Source: the human T2T-CHM13v2.0 reference genome, Homo sapiens
Direction: 5' to 3' (one strand)
Assembly (NCBI RefSeq): GCF_009914755.1
Contig: NC_060926.1
DNA length: 64,000 nucleotides
The translations under genes and the position numbers were made by a program. How positions within the stretch are numbered: the first letter of the stretch is position 1; every line of letters starts with the position of its first letter. The notes under the pieces are model-generated. The model was not told the origin of the DNA, made no database searches, and saw only the letters and a program-made list of their open reading frames with translations. Below, in pieces: positions 47,936-60,766 of this stretch.

Positions 47936-49190
47936 TAAAAAGTGAATGGCAAGTAAAAAAGGCAACATCAGGCTGTAGTTTGAAGAACACAAGGCAGTCA
48001 GGCCCTGGCCACATGTCAGGTGAGTCAAGTGTGAGCCCACCCTGGATCCCTTTTCTGTTACAGTCACAGGCAAGGGCCTATTACAGGTGGTCCTGGGCCT
48101 CGGTTAGGGAGAGCCTCTTGTCTGTGGACAGAACACACGATGTCTGCAGGGAGAAAGGTGGCCTTTCTATGGAGACATCAAGCAAAATGTGTGATTTGCT
48201 GTTTCTCATGCATTGATCAAGGTATTCAGTAATCAGATTTCCCCAGGATATCAAATAGTTCATTGGCACTTGCCAAAAAATGGAAGCGTGCTTGTCTTCT
48301 CGGTGGGCCCGGGACTGGACCGCAGGGCTGGTGCCACTCCTTCACTGAGACCTGCTTGTAGCAGGGCCCTGCATTCCCCCATCCTGCCATGTGTGAGTTG
48401 GCTTCTTACTGTATCATGCGTTCCTTGCAGATTTCTGTCTTCTTTGGAGCTCCTTGATTTTTCTCATAATGGGAGAAGACGTGTATTTTTTTCTTTCCTT
48501 CTCATGGCTAAAACTGTCCTCTTTCTCACTGAGTCTCCCCTGCAATCTCTCTGCTCTCCATTGCTGGGTGGCCACGTCTTCCCAATGCTCCTTTCTGACA
48601 GAGACTGGGGGCTTCAGCCAGATCTTTAGTTGCCTCTCTTTCATTCTCCCATTATGTGATAGCCTCGGGTTTTCCACGTCCCCCTGCAGAAATCTTCCTT
48701 CCCAAGTCCCCCGTCTTCTTTCTCAAAAATGTGTGTGCTATCCAGTGGGCCTCCTGCAAACCCGCCATTCTCAGACTTTTCTCCGCTCCCCTCTCAACAT
48801 TTCCAGTGTAACAGCTTCCATTGTACTTGATGCATTATTTATATTGTTTAATTAGTATTAAAATAAGCACATCATGTAATCCAGCTAAAATATGTATTTT
48901 CAAATGATAGATACATTTCTCATATTTGTGCGGGGTCAAATGGTAACAGCAACTTAGAGGAGAGGCTACAAAACGACCTGGAGAGTTGATGTGCCGGCTC
49001 GGCCTCCCCCAGCTGTGCATGCAAACCCCCTCTTCCCAGGTCTCCATCGGCACTCGGCATTTTCAAGCGTCCTTCTGTGATGAAAAGAGCATCCAGTCAG
49101 TATTTACTTTACATTTTAATGCTTTCTTCTTCAAACTCTTCCTTGAGTATTTGCCCCACGCTGTCTCATTTTACCACCCACCTTTCTGGC

Positions 49191-49580
49191 TGTGTGAATT
49201 TCCTGCGAATGCCTTAACAAAGGGCCACGTGCTTAGTGGCTTTACTCCATCAGCTCCGGAGGTCATAGATCCAAATGAGACTTTTGGCAGCAAGGTCCAG
49301 GGACAGGCCTGGTTGTGCCTGGAGACCCCAGAGGCCCTGCTCCTGGCCTCCTCCAGTTTCTGGAGGCTCATGGCCACGGCCCTCCAGTCTCAGTTTCCAT
49401 CATCACTTCCCCCTTTCTCCCCTCAGACTTTCCCACCTTTGTCTTGTAAGGAGCTGTGTGCTAACACTAAGGCCAGTGGATAATCCAGGCTAATCTCCCC
49501 TCCTCAAAATCTTAACTGAATCCCATCTGCAAAGCCCCTTTTGCCATGCAGGTTGCAGTCACAGGCTGGGGGACTGTGTC
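49191..49580 (-). mobile_element. MLT1(C/D)-type MaLR LTR
   Basis: GGATAATCCAGG.TAATCTCCCC..CTCAAAATCTTAACT.AATC.CATCTGCAAAG.CCCTTTTGCCATG. Confidence 0.7.
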
Positions 49581-50929
49581 CCCTAGACGCTGGTGCTCTG
49601 AGCTACTCTTGAGGTCTTTTCCATCCACATTCTCCCAAGAAGAATCCCATTCACTCACAGTCCACTACTGTATCCCCCCTCAGGACTCCCAAATGTGTCT
49701 TTTTAAGCTGGACTTCACCCAACAGCTGAAAGTACATTTCCAAATGCCCAAGAGCTCACTGCCCGCCTGTGCCACGGGCACCTCCAACACAATTCCAAGC
49801 CTGAGTCTGCTGCTCCTTTGCTTGTCACAGCCAGTCTCCTTTCTTCTCTGGCCTTCCTAGGGCCAGTACATGAGATTTTCACTTGCTTAGGCATCAAACC
49901 AAGGATGGCTGAATCCTCAGAGGCTCTGTGCTTTTCTTCTGTTCCCAACAGTAACTCATCATTGAGCCATGGAATCCTCTTTAATGAGCCACCGAGTCTG
50001 GTCCTTCCTCTCTATCCAAACCCCACCCTCCTAGTGACCATTCTCAGGGTGCGTGGGGGGATTATATCACTGTTGGCTGATCTCCTCCCTGCTCTTCAGA
50101 GCTTGTCTAACTCATTTGTTATCTTCACCCATTTGAGGGGTGAGTGATGAGGATTGAGGGGAGAATGTTAAAGGCAAATCATCACATTCTTGGGCTTCAG
50201 AACATCTTCTAACAAAGATTAATGTTCTGAAGCCTTTGCATCGTGTTTTAGCATTTGGTTTCAAATTACCTAGAGGAAGCATCAGTCACATTTGGAGAGG
50301 GGAAAGAAAAGGAGAAAGATGAAGATGATTTTCACAAACTAGAAACCCATAGGACTTCCGGGGGCATGAAGAGGCTCCAAGTCTCAGGAGCGGGTCATTG
50401 AAGATGTGTTATTTTATCATTTTCATGATGAGATACAGCCTGAAAGCAGATCACCCATGAAAACATGTCATCTCCCAGTGTTCGGAATGCAGTCATGGTG
50501 ACCTTCCTACAGAACATCTCTGTCTTTGTGGGGACTCTTTTGATGGGTGCATGATGAGGATTGAGGGGAGAATGCATGCTGGTGAACACACACTGAACTG
50601 TGCTCATTTTTCACCTCAACAAATTGGAAAAAAGTGTACTTTATTCACCTCTTAGTGATAAGAAAACTAGGGGCTTGGGGACAGGAAGCAAAAGGCTCAG
50701 AGTTGTAGAGCGAGTCATCGGTGGGCCTGGGAGCTGCACCCAACCCAATCCTCGGAAGATTAACAGCCCCTTTTTCACAGGGTATTTAACTGTGAAAGTA
50801 AGAGGGAGGAAAATGCAAGTGTCACAAGTCTGGATTTAGTTGGTTTATTCTTTCTCCCTGTATAATTTTTCCCCTCTTCTTCCTAACTCATTCGGCCAGA
50901 GGCTGGACTGCATGTGGACCCCGATGACA

Positions 50930-51099
50930 TGGCACTTTGTTTCTGACCAGTCAGGACACACAAGAGGCCCGGCGCAAACACAACAAAGCCCGCAGACATT
51001 CTGTCCCCACGAAGAACGGACGCCACTCGACTTCCTAGCATCTTGACGGGCTATCCAAGCGCAGAGTCAGTTTATAAGGTGGGTAACCAAGTCCCTGGA
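50930..51099 (+). promoter_or_regulatory. TPO: TPO proximal promoter with TATA box
   Basis: TATAA at 51073-51077; CAAG/CTTG NKX2-1-type cores, forkhead-like GCAAACA at 50974, GCCACTCGA at 51022; directly upstream of the recognised exon 1. Confidence 0.88.
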
Positions 51100-51186
51100 A
51101 GGCAATTGAGGCGCCCATTTCAGAAGAGTTACAGCCGTGAAAATTACTCAGCAGTGCAGTTGGCTGAGAAGAGGAAAAAAGGTCAG
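51100..51186 (+). other. TPO: TPO non-coding exon 1 (5' UTR); donors after 51181 and 51186
   Basis: GGCAATTGAGGCGCCCATTTCAGAAGAGTTACAGCC...GAGGAAAAAAG|GTCAG|GTTGTA recognised as the TPO mRNA leader; TSS approximate. Confidence 0.85.
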
Positions 51187-52011
51187 GTTGTAAAGCTTTT
51201 TATTTTTCCATTTTCTAAGAGAAATTCATCATTGGAACTTGTAAAGTGGCCCAAGAGTGGCTGTAATTTGGGCCATTATAGCAGGTATGGGTGGCGTCTC
51301 TCAGCAAAGCTGACTGACTGACTGATGAGTGCTGTTTGCAATGACCTCCGCTGGAACATGTGAGTCCTGTAGGGTCGATTCCTAGATCACCGTCTACTGA
51401 GACACATTCCTGTCAGCATGGACTCACTGGTGCTATCCTGCTTAACAAAATTAGTGGCTCAAAAATAGCCACAGAAAGCCTAAGAGAAGAAAACAAGGAT
51501 TTGAAAGTAGAAATGATGAATTTTGAATCTTCTGTTTTGTCTTAACAACTAGAATTCTAAAATCATTTTATGGACATAAGAATGCTTTAAGAAATTCAAT
51601 AGGCATTTAGGGGTTTTATTTATCACTTTTATAAAGACTAAATTTCTAATAGTACTCACTTTTTGCCACATAGATGCATTAGGGGAAACAGATTTTTTTC
51701 ATTCCCAATAATTATTCCCAGTACTGTTACACTATTTGACATTACCAAAAATTTAAATAGGTTATTACTGAGATATATTGGCAACTGGAGCTGCCAACAT
51801 AAAAACTCTGTTTTTGAATAATGGGGGCCTGGGAGGCCTGCTCAGCGCTGCAGTTTCTGTAACCTCCTGACATGGACGGCGACTCTGGTCTCGCAGACCC
51901 CAGGCCTGTGAGGGTCGCTCACTGCGGTAGAGGCTGCGTGGAGTCAGTGGAGGGAGCCCCTCAGCAGGGAGACAAGGACACAGCGGTTCCCATGGCCTTG
52001 TCAGTGCTTGA

Positions 52012-52143
<132 letters not shown>

Positions 52144-52666
52144 TAGCAAACACATTGCGGTCTTCTGGCCTTATAAAGTTATTTTTCACACTTACTAAAA
52201 TAGAGGGCATAATGGTAGCTCCTGAGAGTCACTTTAGGCCCCTGTAGTGTATGCTTTGTTATGCTTAAGAAAAAAAAATTGTAATTCTTGATTTTAGAAG
52301 GATTGAAATATGTACATTTCTTTCTTTAAAAAAGAGCTGATTTTCCTTGGATGACACAATAGACAATTTTCACTTTTACCTATTCATATAACTGAAAAAA
52401 AAATTCTTTGGGAGTGTTTTTCTTCCTTTGCTACAGAATTATTTTTTATTAAATAACTTCTGTGATGTATTTTCTGGAATCAGTGTGCTACTATGTGAAA
52501 ACAAGTTAAGAAAGCTACTGAGATGCAGTGGTTAAAATAATCACAGATCAAGCTCTTTGCTTTTCTTTTAATAAAATAAATAAAGTTCCAAACCCTGAGA
52601 ACAAGTTTCACTGGAGTGAATACTGCAGGGGCATTTGCCTGGACATTTTACCCCATGGACACCGCT

Positions 52667-53340
52667 GGCCCCGGGAGCAGGTGACACCTCGCTGGGCAGG
52701 TCCCTGGGCCTCTGCACACAGTCCCGGGGCCCCTGGAGCAGGTGACACCTCGCCGGGCAGGTCCCTGGGCCTCTGGACACAGTCCCAGGGCCCCTGGAGC
52801 AGGTGACACCTCGCCGGGCAGGTCCCTGGGCCTCTGCACACAGTCCCGGGGCCCCTGGAGCAGGTGACACCTCACCGGGCAGGTCCCTGGGCCTCTGGAC
52901 ACAGTCCCGGGGCCCCTGGAGCAGGTGACACCTCACTGGGCAGGTCCCTGGGCCTCTGCACACAGTCCCGGGGCCCCTGGAGCAGGTGACACTTCGCCGG
53001 GCAGGTCCCTGGGCCTCTGGACACAGTCTCGGGGCCCCTGGAGCAGGTGACAGCTCACCGGGCAGGTCCCTGGGCCTCTGCCCACAGTCCCGGGGCCCCT
53101 GGAGCAGGTGACACCTCGCTGGGCAGGTCCCTGGGCCTCTGCACATAGTCCCGGGGCCCCTGGAGCAGGTGACACCTTGCCGGGCAGGTCCCTGGGTCTC
53201 TGGACACAGTCTTGGGGCCCCTGGAGCAGGTGACACCTCACTGGGCAGGTCCCTGGGCCTCTGCACATAGTCCCGGAGCCCCTGGAGCAGGTGACACCTT
53301 GCCGGGCAGGTCCCTGGGTCTCTGGACACAGTCTTGGGGC
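52667..53340. repeat. 61-bp GC-rich VNTR x11 in TPO intron 2
   Basis: GGCCCCTGGAGCAGGTGACACCTCGCCGGGCAGGTCCCTGGGCCTCTG(C/G)ACACAGTCCCGG. Confidence 0.97.
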
Positions 53341-54792
53341 CATGGCACAGCACTGGCACCTCTGCCCTCACCAGCCTTTCCCAGGACTGGAGGCCTTGTC
53401 TGTCGTTCAGGGTCACAGAATCTGGAGTCCTCGCTGTTCCCAGCCACACCCAGCCCAGCCTCCTGCTGGGGGCCACATTTTACCCCAATTTTTCTGCATC
53501 TCAGGACTTCACAACCATATTAGGAGTGGCAGTGAAGTCCATAACAGACTCGTAGGCTCCTTAAAAAAACTCTCCCTCCACAGCCCCCAGGACTTCCTGG
53601 TCACTGCCCGCTCTGAGATCAGGGAAGCCGTGGGGCCTCTCCCTGCCAGCTTCCATCCATGCCCCAAGGATGGGCTACTCACCCCTAATTCCTGTCCCTC
53701 CCCTGCAAATGGAGAACACTGGAAAATTACTCATCGCAGTCATTATTTGTGAGCAAGAATGAGATACTTCATTTAAAGCGGTGAATGCAGTACCTCGGCA
53801 ATCACCAAAAAACAAAAAATAAAAATGGAGTCACAATATAAAGAACCTCAGGAAAAAGTGATTTTGCATCTTCCCAGAATAAATCAGTCACTCTATCACC
53901 TGGAACATGCTAGATGTTCAGCCAATGGTTTGTAAATTAATTACTTTGTTATTTTATTTCATATTTAGTAGGACCTGGTTGTATAAAACCAGAGTAAAAC
54001 ATGTTAGAAGTCAAGAGCTAGTTCTGAGCAAGTTGTGATACATGAGAGCTATTCAACAAAATATTTAAAACTTTGTAACATGTTTTTTAATTTTAAAAAT
54101 CACATTTAAAAAGCCATCAGGAATGCAGTAGCCACAGCTTTTGCTAAAACAGTTTTTAAAAATTATTTTTCCATATCTGGGAGATTTGACCTTTTCGTTT
54201 TGCTTAAACTTTTGGTTGACACATCACGAGTGCACAGGACAGCAGCTGACAACTGCCCCGCGTGCTGGGCACATGCTTCTGCCTGCTCCAATATTTCAAA
54301 GCTGACTTATTGTTTGCTTGAAATGTGAATGAGTTACTGAAAAAATATTATGTGTCTCACAGTATTTCTATTTTACAGCCTTTAATAGTTGTTTTGCAGC
54401 TTTAAATCTGTTTGGAAAATGATGCCCAATGACTGTGTGTGGGTTTATGTCACCTGTGCTCACAGACATGTGAAGCAAAAACCTTGGCCTGCTCCCCAGC
54501 CTCTGTGCAGGACAAGCCAAAGAGCAGGCAGCGGCAGGGCCAAGAGGATCCAGGCTCCCCCTGGACCACACACGGTCACCGTAAGCACATGGTGCTCCGG
54601 GGGGTCCTGCTTGGTGGGTGGCTCACCCTTATGTGTCAGGCACCCATTTTATAGATCAAAACGTAGAGGTCTGGAAGTCTCAGAAGCAGCAAGGCTGTGG
54701 CCGCTCAGTCTCACAGTCTCACGTCCCAGGTCTTTACAGAGAACCAACACACATCCTCATACTTGAAGCTCGATGATAAGTACTCAGCGAAA

Positions 54793-55672
54793 AGTATCAG
54801 GCCAGTGCCGTGACTCACATCTGCAATCCCAACACAGTATCATCAGGCCAGTGCCGTGACTCACATCTGCAATCCCAACACAGTATCAGGCCAGTGCCGT
54901 GACTCACATCTGCAATCCCAACACAGTATCATCAGGCCAGTGCCGTGACTCACATCTGCAATCCCAACACAGTATCAGGCCAGTGCCGTGACTCACATCT
55001 GCAATCCCAACACAGTATCAGGCCAGTGCCGTGACTCACATCTGCAATCCCAACACAGTATCATCAGGCCAGTGCCGTGACTCACATCTGCAATCCCAAC
55101 ACAGTATCAGGCCAGTGCCGTGACTCACATCTGCAATCCCAACACAGTATCAGGCCAGTGCCGTGACTCACATCTGCAATCCCAACACAGTATCATCAGG
55201 CCAGTGCCGTGACTCACATCTGCAATCCCAACACAGTATCAGGCCAGTGCCGTGACTCACATCTGCAATCCCAACACAGTATCAGGCCAGTGCCGTGACT
55301 CACATCTGCAATCCCAACACAGTATCATCAGGCCAGTGCCGTGACTCACATCTGCAATCCCAACACAGTATCAGGCCAGTGCCGTGACTCACATCTGCAA
55401 TCCCAACACAGTATCATCAGGCCAGTGCCGTGACTCACATCTGCAATCCCAACACAGTATCAGGCCAGTGCCGTGACTCACATCTGCAATCCCAACACAG
55501 TATCAGGCCAGTGCCGTGACTCACATCTGCAATCCCAACACAGTATCATCAGGCCAGTGCCGTGACTCACATCTGCAATCCCAACACAGTATTAGGCCAG
55601 TGCCGTGACTCACATCTGCAATCCCAACACAGTATCAGGCCAGTGCCATGACTCACATCTGCAATCCCAACA
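54793..55672. repeat. 43/46-bp VNTR x~20 derived from an Alu 5' end, TPO intron 2
   Basis: AGTATC(ATC)AGGCCAGTGCCGTGACTCACATCTGCAATCCCAACAC; the last unit continues into the Alu body. Confidence 0.97.
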
Positions 55673-55936
55673 CTTTGGGAGGCCGAGGCGGGAAGATCAC
55701 TTGAGGCTAGGAGTTCAAGACCAGCCTGACCAACATGGCAAAACCCCATCTCTACTAAAAATACAAAAAAAAATTAGCTGGGCGTGGTGGTGCCCACCTG
55801 TCATCCCAGCTACTCGGGAGGCTGAGGCACGAGAATCAGTTGAACCCAGGAGGTGGAGGTTGCAGAGTCGAGATCACACCACTGCACTCCAGTCTAGGTG
55901 ACAGAGTGAGAATCCATCTCAAAAAAAAAAAAAAAA
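55638..55936 (+). mobile_element. Alu (S/J-like)
   Basis: Alu dimer with A tail; its head is the last VNTR unit. Confidence 0.93.
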
Positions 55937-57063
55937 GAGAGAGAGAGAAAAAAAGAAAAGCATCAGTCCTGGATAGAGTTTAGGTTGTATCAACTTGCCT
56001 GCAAACTGTAGGAAGGTGAGAATAAGAAGGGAAAGATCTTGGCTGGTGCTCAGACTGGGTGGGTGCAGGAGAGACTCTTGTTCCAGAGCAGGATCCCCTA
56101 GGGTCAAAGCACAAAGAGAAATAAACTTCAGCACCTGAAAATTCTGTAATAAGAGTCTTTGAAAATGGAAAAAAAATCTATGCTTGACCATTGTTGTCTA
56201 AGAGAAGTTTGCTATCAATCCCTCCTCTAACGCCCTGAACAGAATGTTCTTCACCAGAACCCTGTGTATTCATCACCACACAGGCTGAGAGGCATTCCAG
56301 CATTTGTGCAACATCAAGATTTATGTGCAATTATCTTTATGGCAAATGTTCCACAAGTTATAGCTGTTAAAAGAAAATAAGATGCAAATGAACAAGAAGA
56401 AGCAGAGGCGCTGCCTGCAGCCTGGGAAAATTTGGGAAGCTAGCCTAATGAGTGAATTTGTTTTAAAAGGAAAGTTGGCAAACCTTATTCCAGTTCATTA
56501 AATTTCAACAAACAGCAAGGATTAAAGTAAGAATCAACACACAACTCTAAACAGGAATCAAGCGCTTAGAATTAGGAGCAAAGCTCTGGCCCTGGGGGCT
56601 TATGGTTTTGGAGAAGAAAGATTTTGGCTTTCATATATATATTTAACATAAACAGCCTTTGGAACAAGGCAACTTCCTTCTTCTTTCTGAAATGTGGTAT
56701 GTTCTTGCCTAATGTGTCCCTGAATTCCACCTCTTTTATGAACAATATGAATATGCATAAAGGAGAATTTGGGGGAACCGTGCCATGCGCCCCTCAGAGC
56801 AGGAGCAATCTTGAGAAGGCGCAGGCAGAGAGCAGCGGGCGGCTTCTCCAGAGCAAGTAATTAAGTCCCGTGACTCCCTAGAACTCAGTGTTCAGTTCTG
56901 AAAAAAAACTTCGGGTTCAAACTCCCTAAGTCTATGGTCCTTGCATCAGACGCCTCTTCCCTGGGATTGCTGGGAACTGAGGAAGGAAGGGCGCTGCAGA
57001 GCTAACGATAGCAAGGGGCTCAGAGCTGGCCACCCCAGCTCCCTGGTGGCAGGAGAGCTAATG

Positions 57064-57583
57064 TGAGCTGATGGAAACTGAGAAGCAGCAGATAAAGGAA
57101 AAGCCATCTGCCCTGCCTCTATTGCCTAAAAGTAGAACATAAATCCGCAAAAGTGACCATTTCCCTCTCCAACAGAAAGGACAGAAATTCATCACCAGGG
57201 ACCCCAGGCCCTCAACAGCCTGGAACCAGCCCCAGAGGCATTTGTGTGGCAAACCTCTGCAGCCCCGGCCTCCCTTCCTGTAGTTGCCCCAGAGAGGCCT
57301 CCTCAAAACGTGTTTCCTGGGAACTCAAAGTCCTTTGCTTTGGTCTTGCAGCTTCTTGGAAAATGATTGTTCTTTTGCTGAGGGGCTGTGCAGCAGAGTT
57401 CTAACGATCCATTCGAGTTTCCATCTTGGGGCGCTCAGGGGGCTCCCTCGTGGAAGCAGGAGTCCAGGCTAATAACCCCTGTGAGTTTTCCTCCTGTGAC
57501 TCTGCCTTTTGTCAGTCTAATTTCAATGCCCCAGAAAATTAATCTAAGATGCAGGGAGAGAAAAGGTTTCTTCTTCCCCTACA
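57064..57583. mobile_element. ERV1-like solo LTR (MER31-like, uncertain)
   Basis: Ends TTTGTCAGTCTAATTTC...AAAAGGTTTCTTCTTCCCCTACA; left boundary uncertain. Confidence 0.45.
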
Positions 57584-58839
57584 GATGGATGTCAGTCATC
57601 TCTATTCAGCCAAGAAGTAGTTAACCTAAACAATGAAAACACCACCGGTTCCAGTAGAGACTTGAGACTATCTGATGAGAGTTATGTGTCTCTGGGAGGA
57701 AGTTTTCAATACAGAAATGGATTTATTTTATGAAACTTAAAAGACTAATAATCTGCAAGCCTATAAGAATGTTTTAATTCTGTAAAATATTTTACAATAA
57801 GAAAAGAAACTAGAGACTAAGCAACATATGATCAGTTAAACTTGAATAACAATATATTAATATTGGTCAATAACAAGGAATGATCTCTCTAGTAACTGCC
57901 GTTTCCAAGCATAGTAGAGAAGGATAAGCATGTTTCTTTATATTTAATCAGTTGGTTCTTAAATAATTGTCAAGTGCCTGCTGAAAACCAGCCTTTGGTC
58001 TTGGTCGTGAATAGCGCAGAACTTTGCAGAGCCCTGAAGAGACTCTCAGTGATAGGATGCATATACACAGGTGGTGTGAGTGACAGAGCTAATTTTTTTT
58101 CTGGTACCTAAAGATCAGCAGGATCAAAATTTCATAAAGGAAGAGCTGGGAGCTTGAGATTGACAATTTCATGAGATGAAGGATAAATTGTGCGTTACCT
58201 CCACAGCTCTGCAACATGGAGATTGGTCTTGGGCAGGTGGTGGACGTCCTGGATTCTGAGGAAGACCTGCACGCAATTCAGTGGGCATCAGGAGCCTTCA
58301 GATGCTTTCATCAAAGGCACAGGCACAAGCAGGCCTTGGTTTAGAAAGGTCACTTGGGTGACAGCAGGAGGGACAGAAGGATGGTGGGGAGATCAGTGCA
58401 GGAGCCAGTCAAGAGCTCCTTCTACTAAGGCAGTAGAAAGTGAGACTGACAACGGCCAGGCAGGAGCAGAACGTTCTCCCAGAGACATTATGGGGAAATT
58501 CACACCACATGGTGAGTGAAAGGCAAGGAAAGCCACGGCTGGGCTTCTTGCTTGGGGACTTGAGCTGGTAGGGTGGTTATTTCAGGCTGTTAACACCCCT
58601 CAACAGGGAACAGAGGAGGATGGCGTGACTCAGGAGAGAAGTTCAAGTGGAAAACGGGCGTTTGGGAGAGGACCAAAGGAGGGTGAGAGGAGAGGGCAAA
58701 GATCAGAGGAGCCAGAAATGCACCCGAGGTGACACTCACAGGAGGGAGACCATGGAGAGAAGAGAGCCACAGTGACCGAGGCTGAGAGAGAGAGTGGCCA
58801 GAGACTGAAAGCAAAAGGCACGACGGCCGGGAGCACTGA

Positions 58840-59030
58840 ACGCTTGCCAGGCCCTGGACCAAAAGCCGTGCAAACCTCTCTGTAAAACCATCCTAAGACG
58901 TAACTCTGTGCACTTGCCAGGCCCTCAGCCCAGAGCCGTGCAAACTTCTCTCTTCAGAGCACACTTGCGAGGCCCTCGGCCAAGAGCTGTGCAAACTTCT
59001 CTCTAAAACCATCCTAAGATGTAACTCTGC
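58840..59030. repeat. Irregular local triplication (~60-70 bp units)
   Basis: CTTGCCAGGCCCT..CC.A.AGCCGTGCAAAC.TCTCT x3; TAAAACCATCCTAAGA(C/T)GTAACTCTG x2. Confidence 0.8.
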
Positions 59031-59931
59031 AGCTAGGAGAGAAAACCGCGCCAGGTGAAGTGAGCTGCCGCGTCACTCGGAGATTGATTTGTCTCACTCC
59101 AGAGCCCATGGCCGTCACCCCTCTGCCACTTAAGAATGCCGGCAACATCCCAAAAGCACCAGAGTCCTGGGGAGGTGGGGGGCGGGGCTGGTTACTGCAT
59201 TTGGCAAATAAGCGGTCGTGACTGACCACAGAATACAAAATGTGAGTTGAGTTGCCTGGGCAGTTGCAGTGGGTTTAGAAGGAAATAAGAGGAAAATAAA
59301 GGAAAATTCCAGGTGTCTTATATCTCAAGCTTTTGTGGGAACAGGAGGTTCCCTGATTCTTGAGAGCTGAAAGAAATCTCCATAAAGCCCGGAATGCTGG
59401 TCCTTGAGGTCCACACCTGCCACCGATCCTGCGACGCCCAGGCCGCCCCTCCCCTCTCGGCTCCTACTCACTCTTGGTGGCATCGTCCCACATTGCACTG
59501 TCCCCAGCACGCACACATTGGCGTAAAGCCAGGTCCCCTCTTCAGATTCCACACCCAGAGCCTGCAGCTCTGACGGCTGTGCTGGGGGTCCCCGGCGAGC
59601 TGTGAGCCCGTGCTAGGTGTTCCTCCCTCCCTCCTGCCCTTGCCCCAGGGAGCCCCACACCGGGGGGCTCTGTTCATTGCTCTCTGCCCAACCCTGAGGG
59701 GTCACCCTCTGCCCCAAGTGCTTAACCACTGGTTACTCATCCCAGAACCCAAGAGAGATCCAGCACGGAGGTTTTCTTAACTTTGCTGTATCACACTGTA
59801 AGAAACTGGGTGGCCAATGGAACAGACGGAGCAGGGCAGAGTGAGCAGGAAGAAATGATGCTGGGGAATTTGTGTGCTCCTTGGGTGGGGACGAGCATGG
59901 AAGGCGCGTGGGACTGAAGCCTTGAAGACCC

Positions 59932-60032
59932 CGCAGGCGCCTCTCCTGGACAGACCTCGTGCAGGCGCCTCTCCTGGACCGACCTCGTGCAGGCGCCGCG
60001 CTGGACCGACCTCGTGCAGGCGCCGCGCTGGG
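59932..60032. repeat. ~27-29-bp CpG-rich tandem repeat x3-4
   Basis: CTGGAC(A/C)GACCTCGTGCAGGCGCC units. Confidence 0.88.
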
Positions 60033-60631
60033 CCATGGGGAGAGCGAGAGCCTGGTGTGCCCCTCAGGGACTTCTATTTGCTTTTAGGAGCCAATTCATT
60101 CCTTTGGTGAAGTATTGATGCTACGCAGGTGAATTTAGTAACAGGACTGACGTGTGAACATGGCCGGAAACACTTGCCGTCTTCCTGTTACCGCGTCCGG
60201 AACTTCACGGTGATACCCAGAAATGGGATCTTAACCTCTTACACATTCCAGGTGCTAAAACAAATAACACAGGAGTGCTTTCATTGGAAACTACTGGTAT
60301 AGTGGAATTATTTTATCTTTTATTAAGTACACAAGATAGGCAAATCTTATCAACTTTACCACTGGCTCAGGTAACCAGTGATGAATGTTCAGAACAAAAG
60401 TTATTCGGAATCATTTGAAGTGGTTTGGGCAAGTGCGAAATTAAGGTGAGTAGCTCTGATCCCATCCTCCAGGCAGCTCCGTGCGGTGGGGGTGGACGCC
60501 CCTCTGTAGCGGGGAAGTGAAGGCCTGTGGAGGGAAGCGACCCCGGGACCTGGCTGCCTGCCTGTCCCGGAAGCCACGTGGGCATCACCGCAGCAAGATG
60601 GGCTTGAGGAACAAAGCAACACTGTCAGTGA

Positions 60632-60766
<135 letters not shown>

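Noticed and set aside
49600-50120. Possible L2 fragments (also ~57940-58850)
   Set aside because: Too diverged to delimit without an HMM search
52568-53476. 302-aa minus-strand ORF and its overlapping ORFs
   Set aside because: Product of a stop-free 61-bp repeat cycling through all three frames; antisense and intronic
54793-55672. CRISPR-like appearance of the regular arrays (also 1-720 and 62368-64000)
   Set aside because: No unique spacers, no cas genes, and a eukaryotic context; these are plain tandem repeats
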